Shown here piece after piece: positions 16,655 to 27,325 of a stretch of 64,000 bases of DNA. This stretch comes from Candidatus Kerfeldbacteria bacterium (GTDB taxonomy: Bacteria > Patescibacteriota > Patescibacteriia > SBBC01), in the NCBI GenBank assembly GCA_043799405.1, contig JAZDNT010000002.1, forward strand, positions 10,716 to 74,715, read 5' to 3'. The translations under genes were made by a program, and so were the position numbers. Each line of letters starts with the position of its first letter. Position 1 is the stretch's first letter. A model generated the notes under the pieces. The model did no database searches and was not told the origin of the DNA. It saw nothing but the letters and a program-made list of their open reading frames with translations.

Positions 16655-17095
16655 TCAGGGTTTTCGTTTACGGGCAAGGGTCTTACGGAGAAGAGAGGAT
16701 TTGTACCGGGAGGGAATGAAGGGTTTAAGGCGTACGACCGTACATCGGATGCCGTGCTTTTTTAGATCCCTCGCGAGGTTTTTTGTGTAGTGACACTGAT
16801 CGTACCCGAGAGCGATAACGTTTGGTTTCAGGCGCTTAATGAGTGCGAAGCGGTTCGCCGGATCCTTCAGTGCAAGGACAGCGCGATCGACGAAAGCGTT
16901 TTTCCGGACAGCGGTAAGCCGTTCAGTTTCAGAATGTACCGGATTTCTCCGTTTCAGTTTCAAAACGGTCGAGTCTCGCCCTACGACGACGACGAGCCTT
17001 GTCCCGAGCCGTTTCGCCTGTCGTAAAAATGACCGGTGGCCTTTGTGCAGTAGGTCAAAGGTGCCGAAGGCGAGGACAGTAACCTCTCGACTCAT
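16655..17095 (-). CDS. Cytidylyltransferase-family protein (archaeal-type FAD synthase RibL-like)
   Basis: FGTFDLLHKGH (HxGH), LVVVVGRD, PNVIALGYDQ, YKSSLL. Confidence 0.8.
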   Translation of the reverse strand: MSREVTVLAFGTFDLLHKGHRSFLRQAKRLGTRLVVVVGRDSTVLKLKRRNPVHSETERLTAVRKNAFVDRAVLALKDPANRFALIKRLKPNVIALGYDQCHYTKNLARDLKKHGIRCTVVRLKPFIPSRYKSSLLRKTLARKRKP

Positions 17096-18669
17096 TGAGA
17101 GTATTTTATCGGCAGAGTCCGGTCTTCAGTCGAGGCGCACACTTTATCGTTCGGGTAGGGCTCGCAGACCGTTATCTTATAGTGATAGGTCCCGCTCGCA
17201 TATCCGGGGAAGACTTCGGCCCAGTGGTCCGTTTCTGATTGTGAGTAGTCGCGGCTCTGTTCCTGATATGACGCATCCATTCCGAACTGTACATACCCAT
17301 TGGTTCGTTTATTGGTAGTCCAGCGTACAACGACGTAGCTATCCGATGCGCGCTGGGTTGCGGAAACATTCGAAATGACCGGCGGTGTCGCATCATTTGT
17401 GGGCGGCGTTGTGGGCGGCGTGGGGTATGTAGCGACGCCATCCAGGTATGCGCATGCCGGATCGGGCGTGGGTGTGCAGGACCAGATCCCATAGTAGAGG
17501 TTTGTCGATGAAGTCGCCGTGAATTGATGATGGATGGTGGAAGCAGGGCCCTTGTCTATCCGTGTGCCGTAGGCGTTCGTCGTCCCATATTCCACGACCG
17601 ATGTTGACTCCTTGCTTGTGATCCAGCTCACTGTCGCGGAGTCCCCATCCCATCGCGAGGTGGCATCGCCTGCGGTAAAGGCACTACCGCCGGAGATGGG
17701 CGTCGTCCAGGCCGTACGCTGTGCAGCGGTGGTTGAGCCCGCGCCGAGCGGATTGTATCCGTGGATAATCTCGTTTCCGTCGTCATAGCCATCGCCATCG
17801 GTATCTTTCTTTGTTGGCTTTGTCATGTACAGAGTTGTTTCTAAGGTATCGGTAAGACCGTCACCATCGGAGTCACCAGCAGTTGCTGCGGCATTCGTTA
17901 GTTGGTTTGTCGCGGCTCCATTCGACCCATTTGTCGTATTGCCAACACCGTAGTCGCTCGTGTGCGGTTTTTCAAGAGAAAAATCACCGCTCGTCATTGT
18001 ATTCCTGCCCTTAACGAAAAGTTCGGAGAGATTTTTACTACACGACTTGTTACAGCCGCCCATCCGATATGCAAGCGTGAAATCATCCCCCTTCTTCTCG
18101 TAGGGAAACGTTTTATCGGTGTAGATATCAACAATAGCTATGTCTTCGAGCGGTTGTGCGAGCGAATTGAGTGTGCAGGTGACCTTTTGCTCCTTGCAGC
18201 CCGCGATGAGCGAATCGTATGCATTCGCAAGCAGTTCAATCGTATCAGGGAACACGCCATGCAATGTGCGGTAATCTATGATAGCACCCCTGAGCGCGTT
18301 AACACGGTTGAGCTGGATAATGTATTTAACGTCGTCAACGCTCCAGCCAAGGAGATCGGTATATGCCCTGAGTGCTTTTTGATCTGAGAAGTCATAGCGA
18401 CCATTGCGCGTGTACGCGTTCAGATTTTCTTGAAGTTCATTTGTGTTTTTCGATAACCACCGGCGAAACGTATACGCATCCCAGACGCGTTTTCCACCAA
18501 ACCAGGCAAGCGGGACGACCAACACGACCATGATGACGATCGGAAGCCATATGTTTTTGTTCAACGAAAAACGTCTGCGTGGCAGCTGCTGCAGCGGATC
18601 AACTGGCGATGACCCCTGACCTTTACGGGCGTTTAATGAATCATCGAATTGTGACAGTGGGTCTTTCAT
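17092..18669 (-). CDS. Membrane-anchored protein: GspG/pilin-like domain, TSP3-like repeats, two FN3-like domains
   Basis: TM; LRGAIIDYRTLHGVFPDTIELL; DSDGDGLTD/DTDGDGYDD; VSWITS..VEYGT and VRWTTN..VQFG. Confidence 0.75.
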   Translation of the reverse strand: MKDPLSQFDDSLNARKGQGSSPVDPLQQLPRRRFSLNKNIWLPIVIMVVLVVPLAWFGGKRVWDAYTFRRWLSKNTNELQENLNAYTRNGRYDFSDQKALRAYTDLLGWSVDDVKYIIQLNRVNALRGAIIDYRTLHGVFPDTIELLANAYDSLIAGCKEQKVTCTLNSLAQPLEDIAIVDIYTDKTFPYEKKGDDFTLAYRMGGCNKSCSKNLSELFVKGRNTMTSGDFSLEKPHTSDYGVGNTTNGSNGAATNQLTNAAATAGDSDGDGLTDTLETTLYMTKPTKKDTDGDGYDDGNEIIHGYNPLGAGSTTAAQRTAWTTPISGGSAFTAGDATSRWDGDSATVSWITSKESTSVVEYGTTNAYGTRIDKGPASTIHHQFTATSSTNLYYGIWSCTPTPDPACAYLDGVATYPTPPTTPPTNDATPPVISNVSATQRASDSYVVVRWTTNKRTNGYVQFGMDASYQEQSRDYSQSETDHWAEVFPGYASGTYHYKITVCEPYPNDKVCASTEDRTLPIKYSQ

Positions 18670-18709
18670 GCACGGAGGAAGAAGCGTCGTCTACTGGTCC
18701 TCATATAGT

Positions 18710-18832
18710 TTATCGGGTCGGGATATGCAGTGCGGCACGTTGTAGGAGGTCAAAGGTGCCGAATACTAATACAACCTTCGTGATTTTTCGCCTCGGTTCG
18801 GGACGGACCGGATTAACGGCTCCTATGGACAT
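18710..18832 (-). pseudogene. 5' fragment of a second RibL-like gene
   Basis: 40-aa ORF containing KVVLVFGTFDLL; 17-nt identity of 18747-18763 with 17052-17068. Confidence 0.7.
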
Positions 18833-21522
18833 CCTGTAAGCGGCGCATCGAGCGGGTACTGGTTTTTCCCTGCGCCGAGAGGGTTATAGCCCCCGCAGAT
18901 TTCCGTCTTGTCGTCGTAGGAGTCGCCATCAGTATTCTTTTTGTTCTTGTCGGTGAAGTAGAGGAACGATTCTTCGTTATCACTGATGCCGTCGTTGTCA
19001 GTGTCAGTAGTGCTTGGGGTAATCAATGACCCGAACGCTGCGGTGAATTGGCTCATGGACTGCGACCCGGCGATTGTCTTGACGATTGTACCGTTTTTGT
19101 CCAGGACGAATGTCGTCGGAACGCCCGTGACGCCAGCTGTGTCGCCGCTCGCCTTGTCTGTTGCAAGCAGTGTTGCCGTTTCTGTGGAAGAGGTGCACTG
19201 CGAGAACGCTGTCGCATTAATCCCAACGTCGGAAGCAACCAACGAGGCAAGGTCAGTTGTGGTTGACGGATTTGCCTTCATGTCGACGAAGAGGTCATCG
19301 ACGTAGTTCCAATACTGTTGTTGGGTGCCGAGCTTCCGTGCGCATAATGCGCCGATTGCAGCGCCACGTGCTTTTGTATGGATCGATTCCAGCGGGTACT
19401 GCCGGATGACCCATCTGACGCTATTGCCGTAGCTTGCCATGACGCTGCGCAGAGTATCGTGTCCGGTTAGGCAGAAGGGGCATTCGAAATCGGTGTATTC
19501 GACAAGGGTGAAGGTGGCAGTGGTTGCACCCAGTGCTTTTTCCGCTGAAGTGACCGGTGATACGGAAACTGGCGAAACGCGGCTGCTGTTCGTGTTGACG
19601 TTTGAATTGGTGTTGACCGGATGCTCGCGCAAATATTTTTCGGATGAGGTTTCTTTCTCGAGCGAGTAGTCCTTACTTGTCATCGTGTTCGTACCGTTCG
19701 CATACGTTTCTTTGTAGTACGAATACCGCGGTGAGTCGCTGAACGTCAGCTGGTACGTAACCTTGAAGTCGTCGCCGTCCTTTGTATGGGCGTACGTTTT
19801 TTCGGTGTAGACGTCCGTGATGTTGACTGATTTCTTCTCGTATTTCTTATACGTGTAGCAGTTGTAGTCGTACGGATCATTCATTTGGCTGTAGGAGCTC
19901 CCGTTTGTGTTCGCGTTGGCATTGCGGGCCTGCGCGTCCTTCGTGCATTGTTCGTTCCATTCCCGCATTTTCGGGGTTAGCTGGTCAAGCGAATCGGGAT
20001 ACGAACCGACCTTCTGTTGGTAGGCGTTCAGGACGGTCCGGAGCTCCGTGATCCTGCTGATCTGTTTTTCCGCCTGCTGGTCCTCTTTTGTGATACCGGT
20101 AAGGAGTCGCGTCGCTTCGTCGAGATCAATGGGGTTACCGGGCGCATCGATCGAGACCTTCTGGTTCACCTTTTCGAGCGTCAACGTCATGCTGATGAGG
20201 AACTGCTTGTCTTTGAGCTTTTCGACGTTTTCGGGCGGGACGATGACGAGGTCCGATTTTACCTGACGGAGGTACCCATTGACCTTGTCGACCCATACCT
20301 CAACGCGGGAGTTGTCCGCTACCCTCTGTTGCATCGCGAGGTACTCGGGGTCGATCAAGCTTTTATGAAGCGTTTCGTACGCATCGACATTCTTGTTGTT
20401 CGCACGCTCTTCGGTTATGAACGCATCGTAGACGGCGGCGACCTTCGTCGGGTCATACGTGATAAGATAGTGTTCCGATTTCACGCCGGCGATCGTTTCC
20501 GCGGGGAGTTTTTGCTTTACGGTGTAGAGTTTTTCCTTCAGCGCGAGCTTGAAGATGCGCTTGAACGTATCGATGAACTTGCGCGTATCAATTTCGTCAA
20601 GGGATTTCGGATCGTACCAGTCAGAGTCGTCAGACGTTAGCTTCACCCATTTTCCCTTGATCGCCGTGGTGTCCACGAAGAGGTTCGGGAACTTATTAAT
20701 GATGCCGTAGAGCTCCTCGCCTTTCTTGCGCGCCTCGACGTCAACTGCCGCCGAGACGTCACTTCCAGTATACGAACCGTCGATACGGATCGATCCGTCG
20801 GCCTGGCTCAGCTTCTTGTCCGCCTCAATGTAGAGCGTTATGCCGCCGGTGAGATTAATGTCGCTCGGGATATACTGGAAGAGCGATGAGTAGTAGTCGC
20901 TAAGATCCGAAGAGCTCCCGCCAAGACCAAGCAACGGATTGGTCGGCTGGCCGAGTCCGACATCTCCCCCGATATCTTCGATCACGTAGCTGTTGGTGTT
21001 TGATGCGTTGAGGTTCTCTTTCGTCGAGGCATTCGTGTTGACGTTCGTTGCATCATCCGTCGTAACGCCGGCGACCGCACCGCGCAGCTTGAAGGGGTTA
21101 AGGAACGAAACGTTCGCGTTGCTGTTGCCCGGTTTGAAGATCGGCGTATATTTCGATTCGCGCGGTTCGCCCTTGATGCTGAGGCGGAGCGAGTACTGCG
21201 CGTTCTTTATCTCGGAGATCGAATCGACCATCTTATCGAACAGCTGGTCGGCCTTCGGCGTTATTCCAGGTATCGCGATGTACCCCCTGCTGTACGCGAA
21301 GTATCCGCCTCCTGCGAGACCAGCGACGATAACCCCGATAACGACGAATATGATCCACTTCTTCGATCGGGCAGGCGTTGGAAGTTCGGGCGTCGGCGCG
21401 CTCGTCGGTTTCCAATAGCCGGAAAGTTCGCGCGCGGGATCCTGTTGTGGCGTTGGCGGCTGTGGTACGTTTCCCGGCGGAGGCGGGGGAGTCATTTCGA
21501 GGTCAGAGAAGACGTCTTTCAT
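18823..21522 (-). CDS. Membrane-anchored multidomain protein with pilin-like domain, DsbA-like thioredoxin and TSP3-like repeat
   Basis: TM; LRTVLNAYQQKVGSYPDSLDQL; VEYTDFECPFC..YPLESIH..GVTGVPT; DTDNDGISD. Confidence 0.8.
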   Translation of the reverse strand: MKDVFSDLEMTPPPPPGNVPQPPTPQQDPARELSGYWKPTSAPTPELPTPARSKKWIIFVVIGVIVAGLAGGGYFAYSRGYIAIPGITPKADQLFDKMVDSISEIKNAQYSLRLSIKGEPRESKYTPIFKPGNSNANVSFLNPFKLRGAVAGVTTDDATNVNTNASTKENLNASNTNSYVIEDIGGDVGLGQPTNPLLGLGGSSSDLSDYYSSLFQYIPSDINLTGGITLYIEADKKLSQADGSIRIDGSYTGSDVSAAVDVEARKKGEELYGIINKFPNLFVDTTAIKGKWVKLTSDDSDWYDPKSLDEIDTRKFIDTFKRIFKLALKEKLYTVKQKLPAETIAGVKSEHYLITYDPTKVAAVYDAFITEERANNKNVDAYETLHKSLIDPEYLAMQQRVADNSRVEVWVDKVNGYLRQVKSDLVIVPPENVEKLKDKQFLISMTLTLEKVNQKVSIDAPGNPIDLDEATRLLTGITKEDQQAEKQISRITELRTVLNAYQQKVGSYPDSLDQLTPKMREWNEQCTKDAQARNANANTNGSSYSQMNDPYDYNCYTYKKYEKKSVNITDVYTEKTYAHTKDGDDFKVTYQLTFSDSPRYSYYKETYANGTNTMTSKDYSLEKETSSEKYLREHPVNTNSNVNTNSSRVSPVSVSPVTSAEKALGATTATFTLVEYTDFECPFCLTGHDTLRSVMASYGNSVRWVIRQYPLESIHTKARGAAIGALCARKLGTQQQYWNYVDDLFVDMKANPSTTTDLASLVASDVGINATAFSQCTSSTETATLLATDKASGDTAGVTGVPTTFVLDKNGTIVKTIAGSQSMSQFTAAFGSLITPSTTDTDNDGISDNEESFLYFTDKNKKNTDGDSYDDKTEICGGYNPLGAGKNQYPLDAPLTGCP

Positions 21523-21705
21523 ATTGTTATTAGTTAAAGGACAGAACTTTCCTGTTCCGTGACCATTAGTAATGAAATATGAGTAATAGATTTCATGTTT
21601 ATTTCATCGTAAGTATATCACATTTTCAGCAAAAAATCAACTTATGTTGCTTTATATAATTGTTTGGGGATTTGTGGAAACGCTCTATGGAAATGACCCG
21701 TCCGG

Positions 21706-22830
21706 TTAATATTCGTATTGCCCTTGTCCGTTCGGACGGTACCCTCTCATTATTTCGTCGTAATCGCCGTAGCCGTCACCGTCGGTGTCCTTATTCGAAT
21801 CGCTGCTCTCATAGACGTTTTCAAGAAACAGCACCACGCCGTCGTGATCCGTATCGGTAGTGAGGTCGTGTCGGGCCGTTTCAACCTCGGTCGACGGATT
21901 TTTGCATTTGATCGTTCCCGTCGGATCGTTCAGACGGTCCCGGAGGTATGCAGATAGCGGATTGTTCGGCATTTTTCCGGTGATGTCTGGGTATGTATCC
22001 AATGCGCACGTAGCGAATAGGAACGAGGTCATATCGAGTGCCGACTGGAGGCCGCGCTGCAACGCATCGGACATCGATCCCTGGACCAGTCCTCGTTCGC
22101 AGTAACTTCGTAGATCGTCGCTGACGATTGGACCGCAGTCGTTCGTCGGTGTATCGACGTATGCGAAAGAGGCGATTGTCAGATAGCACCAGTCGCGATA
22201 GATGGTTTGCGGGTAGACCGCGCAGTCGAAATTCCCATACAGGTTCGCGAATCCCTTTATGCAATTGCGTATCCCGTCGTCGGAAATCGCGATGGCCGAC
22301 GGACGGTGTTCGAGCGCGATCTCGTCGCAAACCAGCGGATCACGGAACCCCGACGAAAGGTCGGTATAGCAGTCGTATTGTGTGTCCCGGTCCGTCCACG
22401 TGGTATGTGGCACCGCCGCGCATATCGCCTTGCCTCTTGAGAGCGTCGAGGGTGTTTTTTTCAATGCGGATGAAGTTGCTGTGTATGCCGGATTCCACGT
22501 TGAAAGCGGTACTGGAGGTGCCTTTTGGGGGACCAACGGTGCAGGACGGGTGATGGCAGTGTTTGTGTTGGCATTGAGCGTGCTCGCCTCATTGCTGTTT
22601 TGTGTCGTGTTGGTATTTCCGTTTTGGGGTGCGTCCGCGCCGCGGTTGGTATTTGTCTTTGCGGATGGCAGTACGATTATCCCTTTATAGAGGAGCACGG
22701 TGAATACAGCGAGCGCGCAAACGGCGACAATACCACCCGCGATCCTGAGGTTCTTTTTTGTATTCGAAGGTTGTGGCAATTGCGTTAACGGATCGTTTTC
22801 GACGTGTTCTCGACCGGGTTGCAATGTCAT
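21706..22830 (-). CDS. Membrane-anchored Cys-rich protein with C-terminal TSP3-like repeat
   Basis: TM, repeated C..I....R..C motifs, DTDGDGYGDYDEIMRGYRP. Confidence 0.75.
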   Translation of the reverse strand: MTLQPGREHVENDPLTQLPQPSNTKKNLRIAGGIVAVCALAVFTVLLYKGIIVLPSAKTNTNRGADAPQNGNTNTTQNSNEASTLNANTNTAITRPAPLVPQKAPPVPLSTWNPAYTATSSALKKTPSTLSRGKAICAAVPHTTWTDRDTQYDCYTDLSSGFRDPLVCDEIALEHRPSAIAISDDGIRNCIKGFANLYGNFDCAVYPQTIYRDWCYLTIASFAYVDTPTNDCGPIVSDDLRSYCERGLVQGSMSDALQRGLQSALDMTSFLFATCALDTYPDITGKMPNNPLSAYLRDRLNDPTGTIKCKNPSTEVETARHDLTTDTDHDGVVLFLENVYESSDSNKDTDGDGYGDYDEIMRGYRPNGQGQYEY

Positions 22831-22842
22831 GATGCGTCTATA

Positions 22843-24876
22843 TTATCGGTGTTTTCCTAAGGGTCTCGGCATTTTCCGTATTTGATTTCGACGTTTCGTT
22901 TTCGGTTTTTCCATTCGCATGTTAAGTGCTTGGATCTGATCGCGGAGTATCGCAGCTTTTTCGAACTCAAGGTTTTTGCTTGCGAGGTCCATTTGGGTAG
23001 TGAGTTCGCTCATGAGGCGTCCGATCTCTGAGTCTGGTATGTCTGCGAGTGGCAGCTTCGGCACCTGTTCTTCCGCAAGCTTTCTGCCGGAAAGCCGGTC
23101 GTCGCGGATAGCTTTCATAATACCTGTCGGAGTGATGTTATGCTCTCTGTTGTAGCGTTCCTGTACGGCGCGTCTCCGCTCGACCTCGTCGATCGCGCGT
23201 TGCATCGAACCGGTAATGTGGTCTGCGTACATGATGACGTGGCCGTTGATGTGGCGCGACGCCCTTCCCATGGTCTGGATGAGCGCGGTCTTCGAGCGGA
23301 GGAATCCCTCTTTATCGGCGTCGACGATCGCGACGAGCGATACCTCGGGGAGATCGAGTCCTTCACGAAGCAGGTTAATTCCGACGATGACATCATAGAT
23401 GCCGAGGCGTAGATCGCGCAGAATCTCTAGCCGTTCCATCGTATCGACGTCGGCATGGAGGTACTGCACCTTGATGCCGAGTTCCTTGAGGTAGTCTGAA
23501 AGGTCTTCGGCAATGCGTTTGGTGAGTGTTGTTACGAGGACGCGCTGCTTCTTCGCGACCCGCGCCTTGATCGCGGAAAGAAGGTCGTCGACCTGTCCTT
23601 TCGTCGGCTTCACCTCTACGTCCGGATCAAGGAGCCCCGTCGGACGTACGAGTTGTTCAACGACCAGCGAAGATTCCGTTAGCTCGTATTCATCCGGCGT
23701 TGCAGAGACGAAGACGCGCTGTCCGATGCGTTGCTTGAATTCGTCGAACCGCAGCGGACGATTATCGAGCGCTGATGGCAGGCGGAAGCCGTAGTCGACG
23801 AGCACTTGCTTCCGAGAACGGTCGCCTTCGAACATGCCCCGTAGCTGTGGGACCGTCATGTGCGACTCGTCGATGAACAGCAGGAAGTCTTTCGGGAAGT
23901 AGTCGAGGAGCGTTGATGGCGGTTGACCAGGTTCACGGAAGTCAAAAAACCGCGAGTAGTTCTCGATACCGCTGCAGTACCCGACCGTTTCGAGCATTTC
24001 GAGATCGAAGTTCGTACGCTGCGAAAGTCGCTGCGCCTCGAGGTTTTTTCCGATCCGGTTAAGGGAATCGACCCGTTCCCGGAGCTCTTTCCTGATTGTG
24101 TCGATGATGCCGGTCATTGTATCCTGCGGCGTGACAAAGTGACGGCCGGGGAAGATCTCGACATGCTGGAGTTGCTCATGTTCTGTACCGGTAAGCGGAT
24201 CGAACATCGCGATCCGTTCGATATCGTCACCGTTGAACTGAATGCGGACGCCCTGCTCCTCGTAGGCAGGAATGATGTCGAGCGTATCGCCCCGAACGCG
24301 GTACGTACCGCGCTGGAGGTCTGTATCATTCCGCAGGTACAGGATGCTGTTGAGGTTCGTGAGAATGGACTGGCGTGAGCGGTGCTGTCCGACCGTGAGC
24401 GTAAACGCCGCCTTCTTGTACTCAAGGGGATTTCCGAGGCCGTAGATGCACGAAACCGAAGCGACGATGAGGACATCGCGGCGCGTGATGAGGTCGCGCG
24501 TCGCTGCGTTGCGGAGCCGGTCGATCTCCTCGTTGATATCGCTCTCCTTTTCGATGTACGTATCCGTCCGGGGTATGTACGCCTCCGGCTGGTAGTAGTC
24601 GTAGTATGAGACGAAGTAGTGTACGGCGTTTTTAGGGAAGAATTCCCTGAATTCGCTCGCGAGCTGCGCTGCGAGCGTTTTGTTGTGACTGATGATGAGC
24701 GCCGGGCGGTTCTGTTCCGCGATGACGTTCGCCATCGTGAACGTCTTGCCTGAACCAGTGACACCGAGGAGCGTTTGAACTTTATCCCTATGATGCAATC
24801 CTCCTATGAGTTTTTCTATTGCACCTGGCTGGTCGCCGGTCGGCTTGAAGCGCGACGCTAGCTTGAAAGATGACAT
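22843..24876 (-). CDS. uvrB: Excinuclease ABC subunit B
   Basis: [46 protein letters not shown]-terminal UVR domain; start MSSFKL. Confidence 0.98.
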   Translation of the reverse strand: MSSFKLASRFKPTGDQPGAIEKLIGGLHHRDKVQTLLGVTGSGKTFTMANVIAEQNRPALIISHNKTLAAQLASEFREFFPKNAVHYFVSYYDYYQPEAYIPRTDTYIEKESDINEEIDRLRNAATRDLITRRDVLIVASVSCIYGLGNPLEYKKAAFTLTVGQHRSRQSILTNLNSILYLRNDTDLQRGTYRVRGDTLDIIPAYEEQGVRIQFNGDDIERIAMFDPLTGTEHEQLQHVEIFPGRHFVTPQDTMTGIIDTIRKELRERVDSLNRIGKNLEAQRLSQRTNFDLEMLETVGYCSGIENYSRFFDFREPGQPPSTLLDYFPKDFLLFIDESHMTVPQLRGMFEGDRSRKQVLVDYGFRLPSALDNRPLRFDEFKQRIGQRVFVSATPDEYELTESSLVVEQLVRPTGLLDPDVEVKPTKGQVDDLLSAIKARVAKKQRVLVTTLTKRIAEDLSDYLKELGIKVQYLHADVDTMERLEILRDLRLGIYDVIVGINLLREGLDLPEVSLVAIVDADKEGFLRSKTALIQTMGRASRHINGHVIMYADHITGSMQRAIDEVERRRAVQERYNREHNITPTGIMKAIRDDRLSGRKLAEEQVPKLPLADIPDSEIGRLMSELTTQMDLASKNLEFEKAAILRDQIQALNMRMEKPKTKRRNQIRKMPRPLGKHR

Positions 24877-24964
24877 ACAATGAGTGTAGCATGATGTCCG
24901 AAACAGATGCACAGCACATCATTGACGCGCCCCCTCTAAACCTACTACAGTAGTGAGTAGAACT

Positions 24965-26716
24965 ATGCCACGGTATATTAGGGTCGATACTGAGGTGCAG
25001 CGGAGCGTTAAAATCGCCCACGCCATTTCAGTCGGCATTTATCTCGTTGCAGCGATCGGGCTTGCGAGCATCCTTGGAGGTCTCGTTCTCCAATTTGCTT
25101 TTCAGGGCGGAGTTTCTGTTCAGTCTGTTGCTGCCGATTCTACGAACAGTGCCAATCTGATCTGGTCAGCACCGGGAGACGACGAGAACGTTGGCACCGC
25201 GGCAAGCTACACCGTTCGTTACTCGACATCGCCTCTTGACAACAACAGCTGGGCAAGCGCAGTGACCGCACAGAACCCCCCAACCCCATTCCCAGCTAGC
25301 ACCGTGCAGACGATGACCGTTGCAGGCCTTAATCCCGGAACGACGTACTACTTTGGTATCAAGAGCAAGGACGACGCGGGAAACGAGTCTGCGCTTTCGA
25401 ACGTTGCATCGAAAAAGACCGAGACGAAAGCCTGCGTGCCGGATTGGTCGTGTACGCTGTGGTCGATATGCAAGGATGGGTCGCAAATTCGGAGCTGCAT
25501 CGATGTTGCCGAGACCGCATGCAATTCAGACTACAACAGGCCGATCGAGAGCCAGACGTGTTCTGCGCAAAACCCGGCATGGGAAGCATGTTCAGAACGA
25601 TGGTCGTGCTCGGAGTGGACCCCCTGCGTCAGCGGATTACGTATGCGCGCGTGTCAGGATGTCAACCGGTGCGGTACAACGACTAACAGGCCGGCAGTAT
25701 CCTATGATTGCAGCGCAGGAGGACCACCGCCGGAAAATCCCCTTCCTGCGTACCTCGTAACAACCCAAGCAAAAGGAGGGAAGCCACAGGTAAAGGTCTA
25801 CAGCGCGACAGCCGGCAGTAAGTCGATCGCGTCATTTAACGCATACAAAGCGAGTTACCGTAACGGCCTCTTTATCTCTGGCGGGGACATCGAGCGGAAG
25901 GGTGGCTCGAACGTTGTCGTCGGATCAGGCATCGGAAGCATTCCTGAGGTTCAGCTGTATACTTTGAAGGGAAAACTCGTAACACGGTACTTCCCTTTCA
26001 CGAAGAAAATGAAAACCGGTGCTGCGGTCGCGGTCGCAGATGTTAGTGGTGACGGTTTTAATGACATTGTCATAGCGCCTGCTGGTAACTATCCCGGATT
26101 CGTAAGGGTTTCCCGGTACAACCCAACGAGCAAGAAATTCACGAGGTTCGCTGAATTTTCGGCACAGTCATCGAAGTATCGTGGTGGCGTGAACATTGCG
26201 GCCGCGGACCTCGACCAGAACGGGTTTGCCGAGATCATCGTAGCGCCCGCATCGAAGGGCAGGCAATCGACTGTCGAGGTGTACGAATACGATAAAAAAA
26301 CAAAGAAGGTCGTTAAACGGACATCATTTTCCGCATACGCGAAAAGCTTCAACGGTGGAATGAAGGTTGGAAACGCCGATATCGATGGTGACGGCATCAA
26401 GGAAATACTCGTTTCACCGGCCCCCGGCGCTACCGATGTTCGCGTGTACTCATACTCGAATCGAAAAGCGCGCCTCATGGGAAAGTTCTTTGCCGGAAGC
26501 ACCCAGTTCAGGGGCGGAGTCGATGTCGCAGGCTCGGATGTGAACTTCGACGGGAAGGACGAAGTGCTAACCGCGATGTACTCGAACGGGCTCCCTGGTG
26601 TGCGGGTCTTTTCGTGGAACGCAACAACGAAGAAATTCAGCAGCACAAAATCGCCATATCCAACCTACGTCTTCAGCACGACGTTCCTTAAGGGGATACG
26701 CATCGTGGCGATGTAA
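24965..26716 (+). CDS. Surface protein: FN3 domain, Cys-rich repeats, FG-GAP/VCBS-like repeats
   Basis: WSAPGDD..GLNPGTTYYFGIKSKD; WSC..WS.C repeats; ADVSGDG, ADLDQNG, ADIDGDG, SDVNFDG. Confidence 0.8.
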   Translation: MPRYIRVDTEVQRSVKIAHAISVGIYLVAAIGLASILGGLVLQFAFQGGVSVQSVAADSTNSANLIWSAPGDDENVGTAASYTVRYSTSPLDNNSWASAVTAQNPPTPFPASTVQTMTVAGLNPGTTYYFGIKSKDDAGNESALSNVASKKTETKACVPDWSCTLWSICKDGSQIRSCIDVAETACNSDYNRPIESQTCSAQNPAWEACSERWSCSEWTPCVSGLRMRACQDVNRCGTTTNRPAVSYDCSAGGPPPENPLPAYLVTTQAKGGKPQVKVYSATAGSKSIASFNAYKASYRNGLFISGGDIERKGGSNVVVGSGIGSIPEVQLYTLKGKLVTRYFPFTKKMKTGAAVAVADVSGDGFNDIVIAPAGNYPGFVRVSRYNPTSKKFTRFAEFSAQSSKYRGGVNIAAADLDQNGFAEIIVAPASKGRQSTVEVYEYDKKTKKVVKRTSFSAYAKSFNGGMKVGNADIDGDGIKEILVSPAPGATDVRVYSYSNRKARLMGKFFAGSTQFRGGVDVAGSDVNFDGKDEVLTAMYSNGLPGVRVFSWNATTKKFSSTKSPYPTYVFSTTFLKGIRIVAM

Positions 26717-26770
26717 CCTTGTCGAAACCGCGTGCACGGTGGTAGTGTGCAGGCGTACGGTTGCAGTACT

Positions 26771-27325
26771 ATGATCGCATATCTCCATGGCACAATTCGG
26801 GTGAAGGACGCGCGCGCGGTCGTTATCGATGTCGGGGGCGTTGGGTATCGCGTTAACGTCGGGCCGTCGTTACTTAACGTTCCTGAGGGAAACACTGTTG
26901 ATGTCTTTACACACCTTCATTCTGGGGCTGACACGCTTGAGATCTACGGTTTCAGTACAGCTGATGAGCTTGGACTCTTTGAGTCACTGATAAAGGTATC
27001 GGGCGTCGGACCACGTTCCGCGCTTGCGATCATTGGCCAGACTTCGGCAGCTGAGGTCCGGAAGGCGATAATCGACGGGGATCCAGTACCGCTCACGCGG
27101 GCATCCGGGATCGGGAAGAAAACAGCAGAGAGGATCATCCTTGAGCTCTCTGGTACGCTAACGCAGCACGCTACCCCAGCCGAAGATGAGGTCATTGACG
27201 CCCTTGAGCGGCTTGGGTACACGAGACGTGAGGCGAACGACGCGCTCCGGCACATCGGACGGGACGTTACCGACGTCCGTGACAGAATACGCATTGCTCT
27301 GAAAGCTTTAAGCAAGAAGCCGTGA
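26771..27325 (+). CDS. ruvA: Holliday junction branch migration protein RuvA
   Basis: MIAYLHGT..DVGGVGY, LIKVSGVGPRSA, GIGKKTAERIILEL, ALERLGY. Confidence 0.95.
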   Translation: MIAYLHGTIRVKDARAVVIDVGGVGYRVNVGPSLLNVPEGNTVDVFTHLHSGADTLEIYGFSTADELGLFESLIKVSGVGPRSALAIIGQTSAAEVRKAIIDGDPVPLTRASGIGKKTAERIILELSGTLTQHATPAEDEVIDALERLGYTRREANDALRHIGRDVTDVRDRIRIALKALSKKP

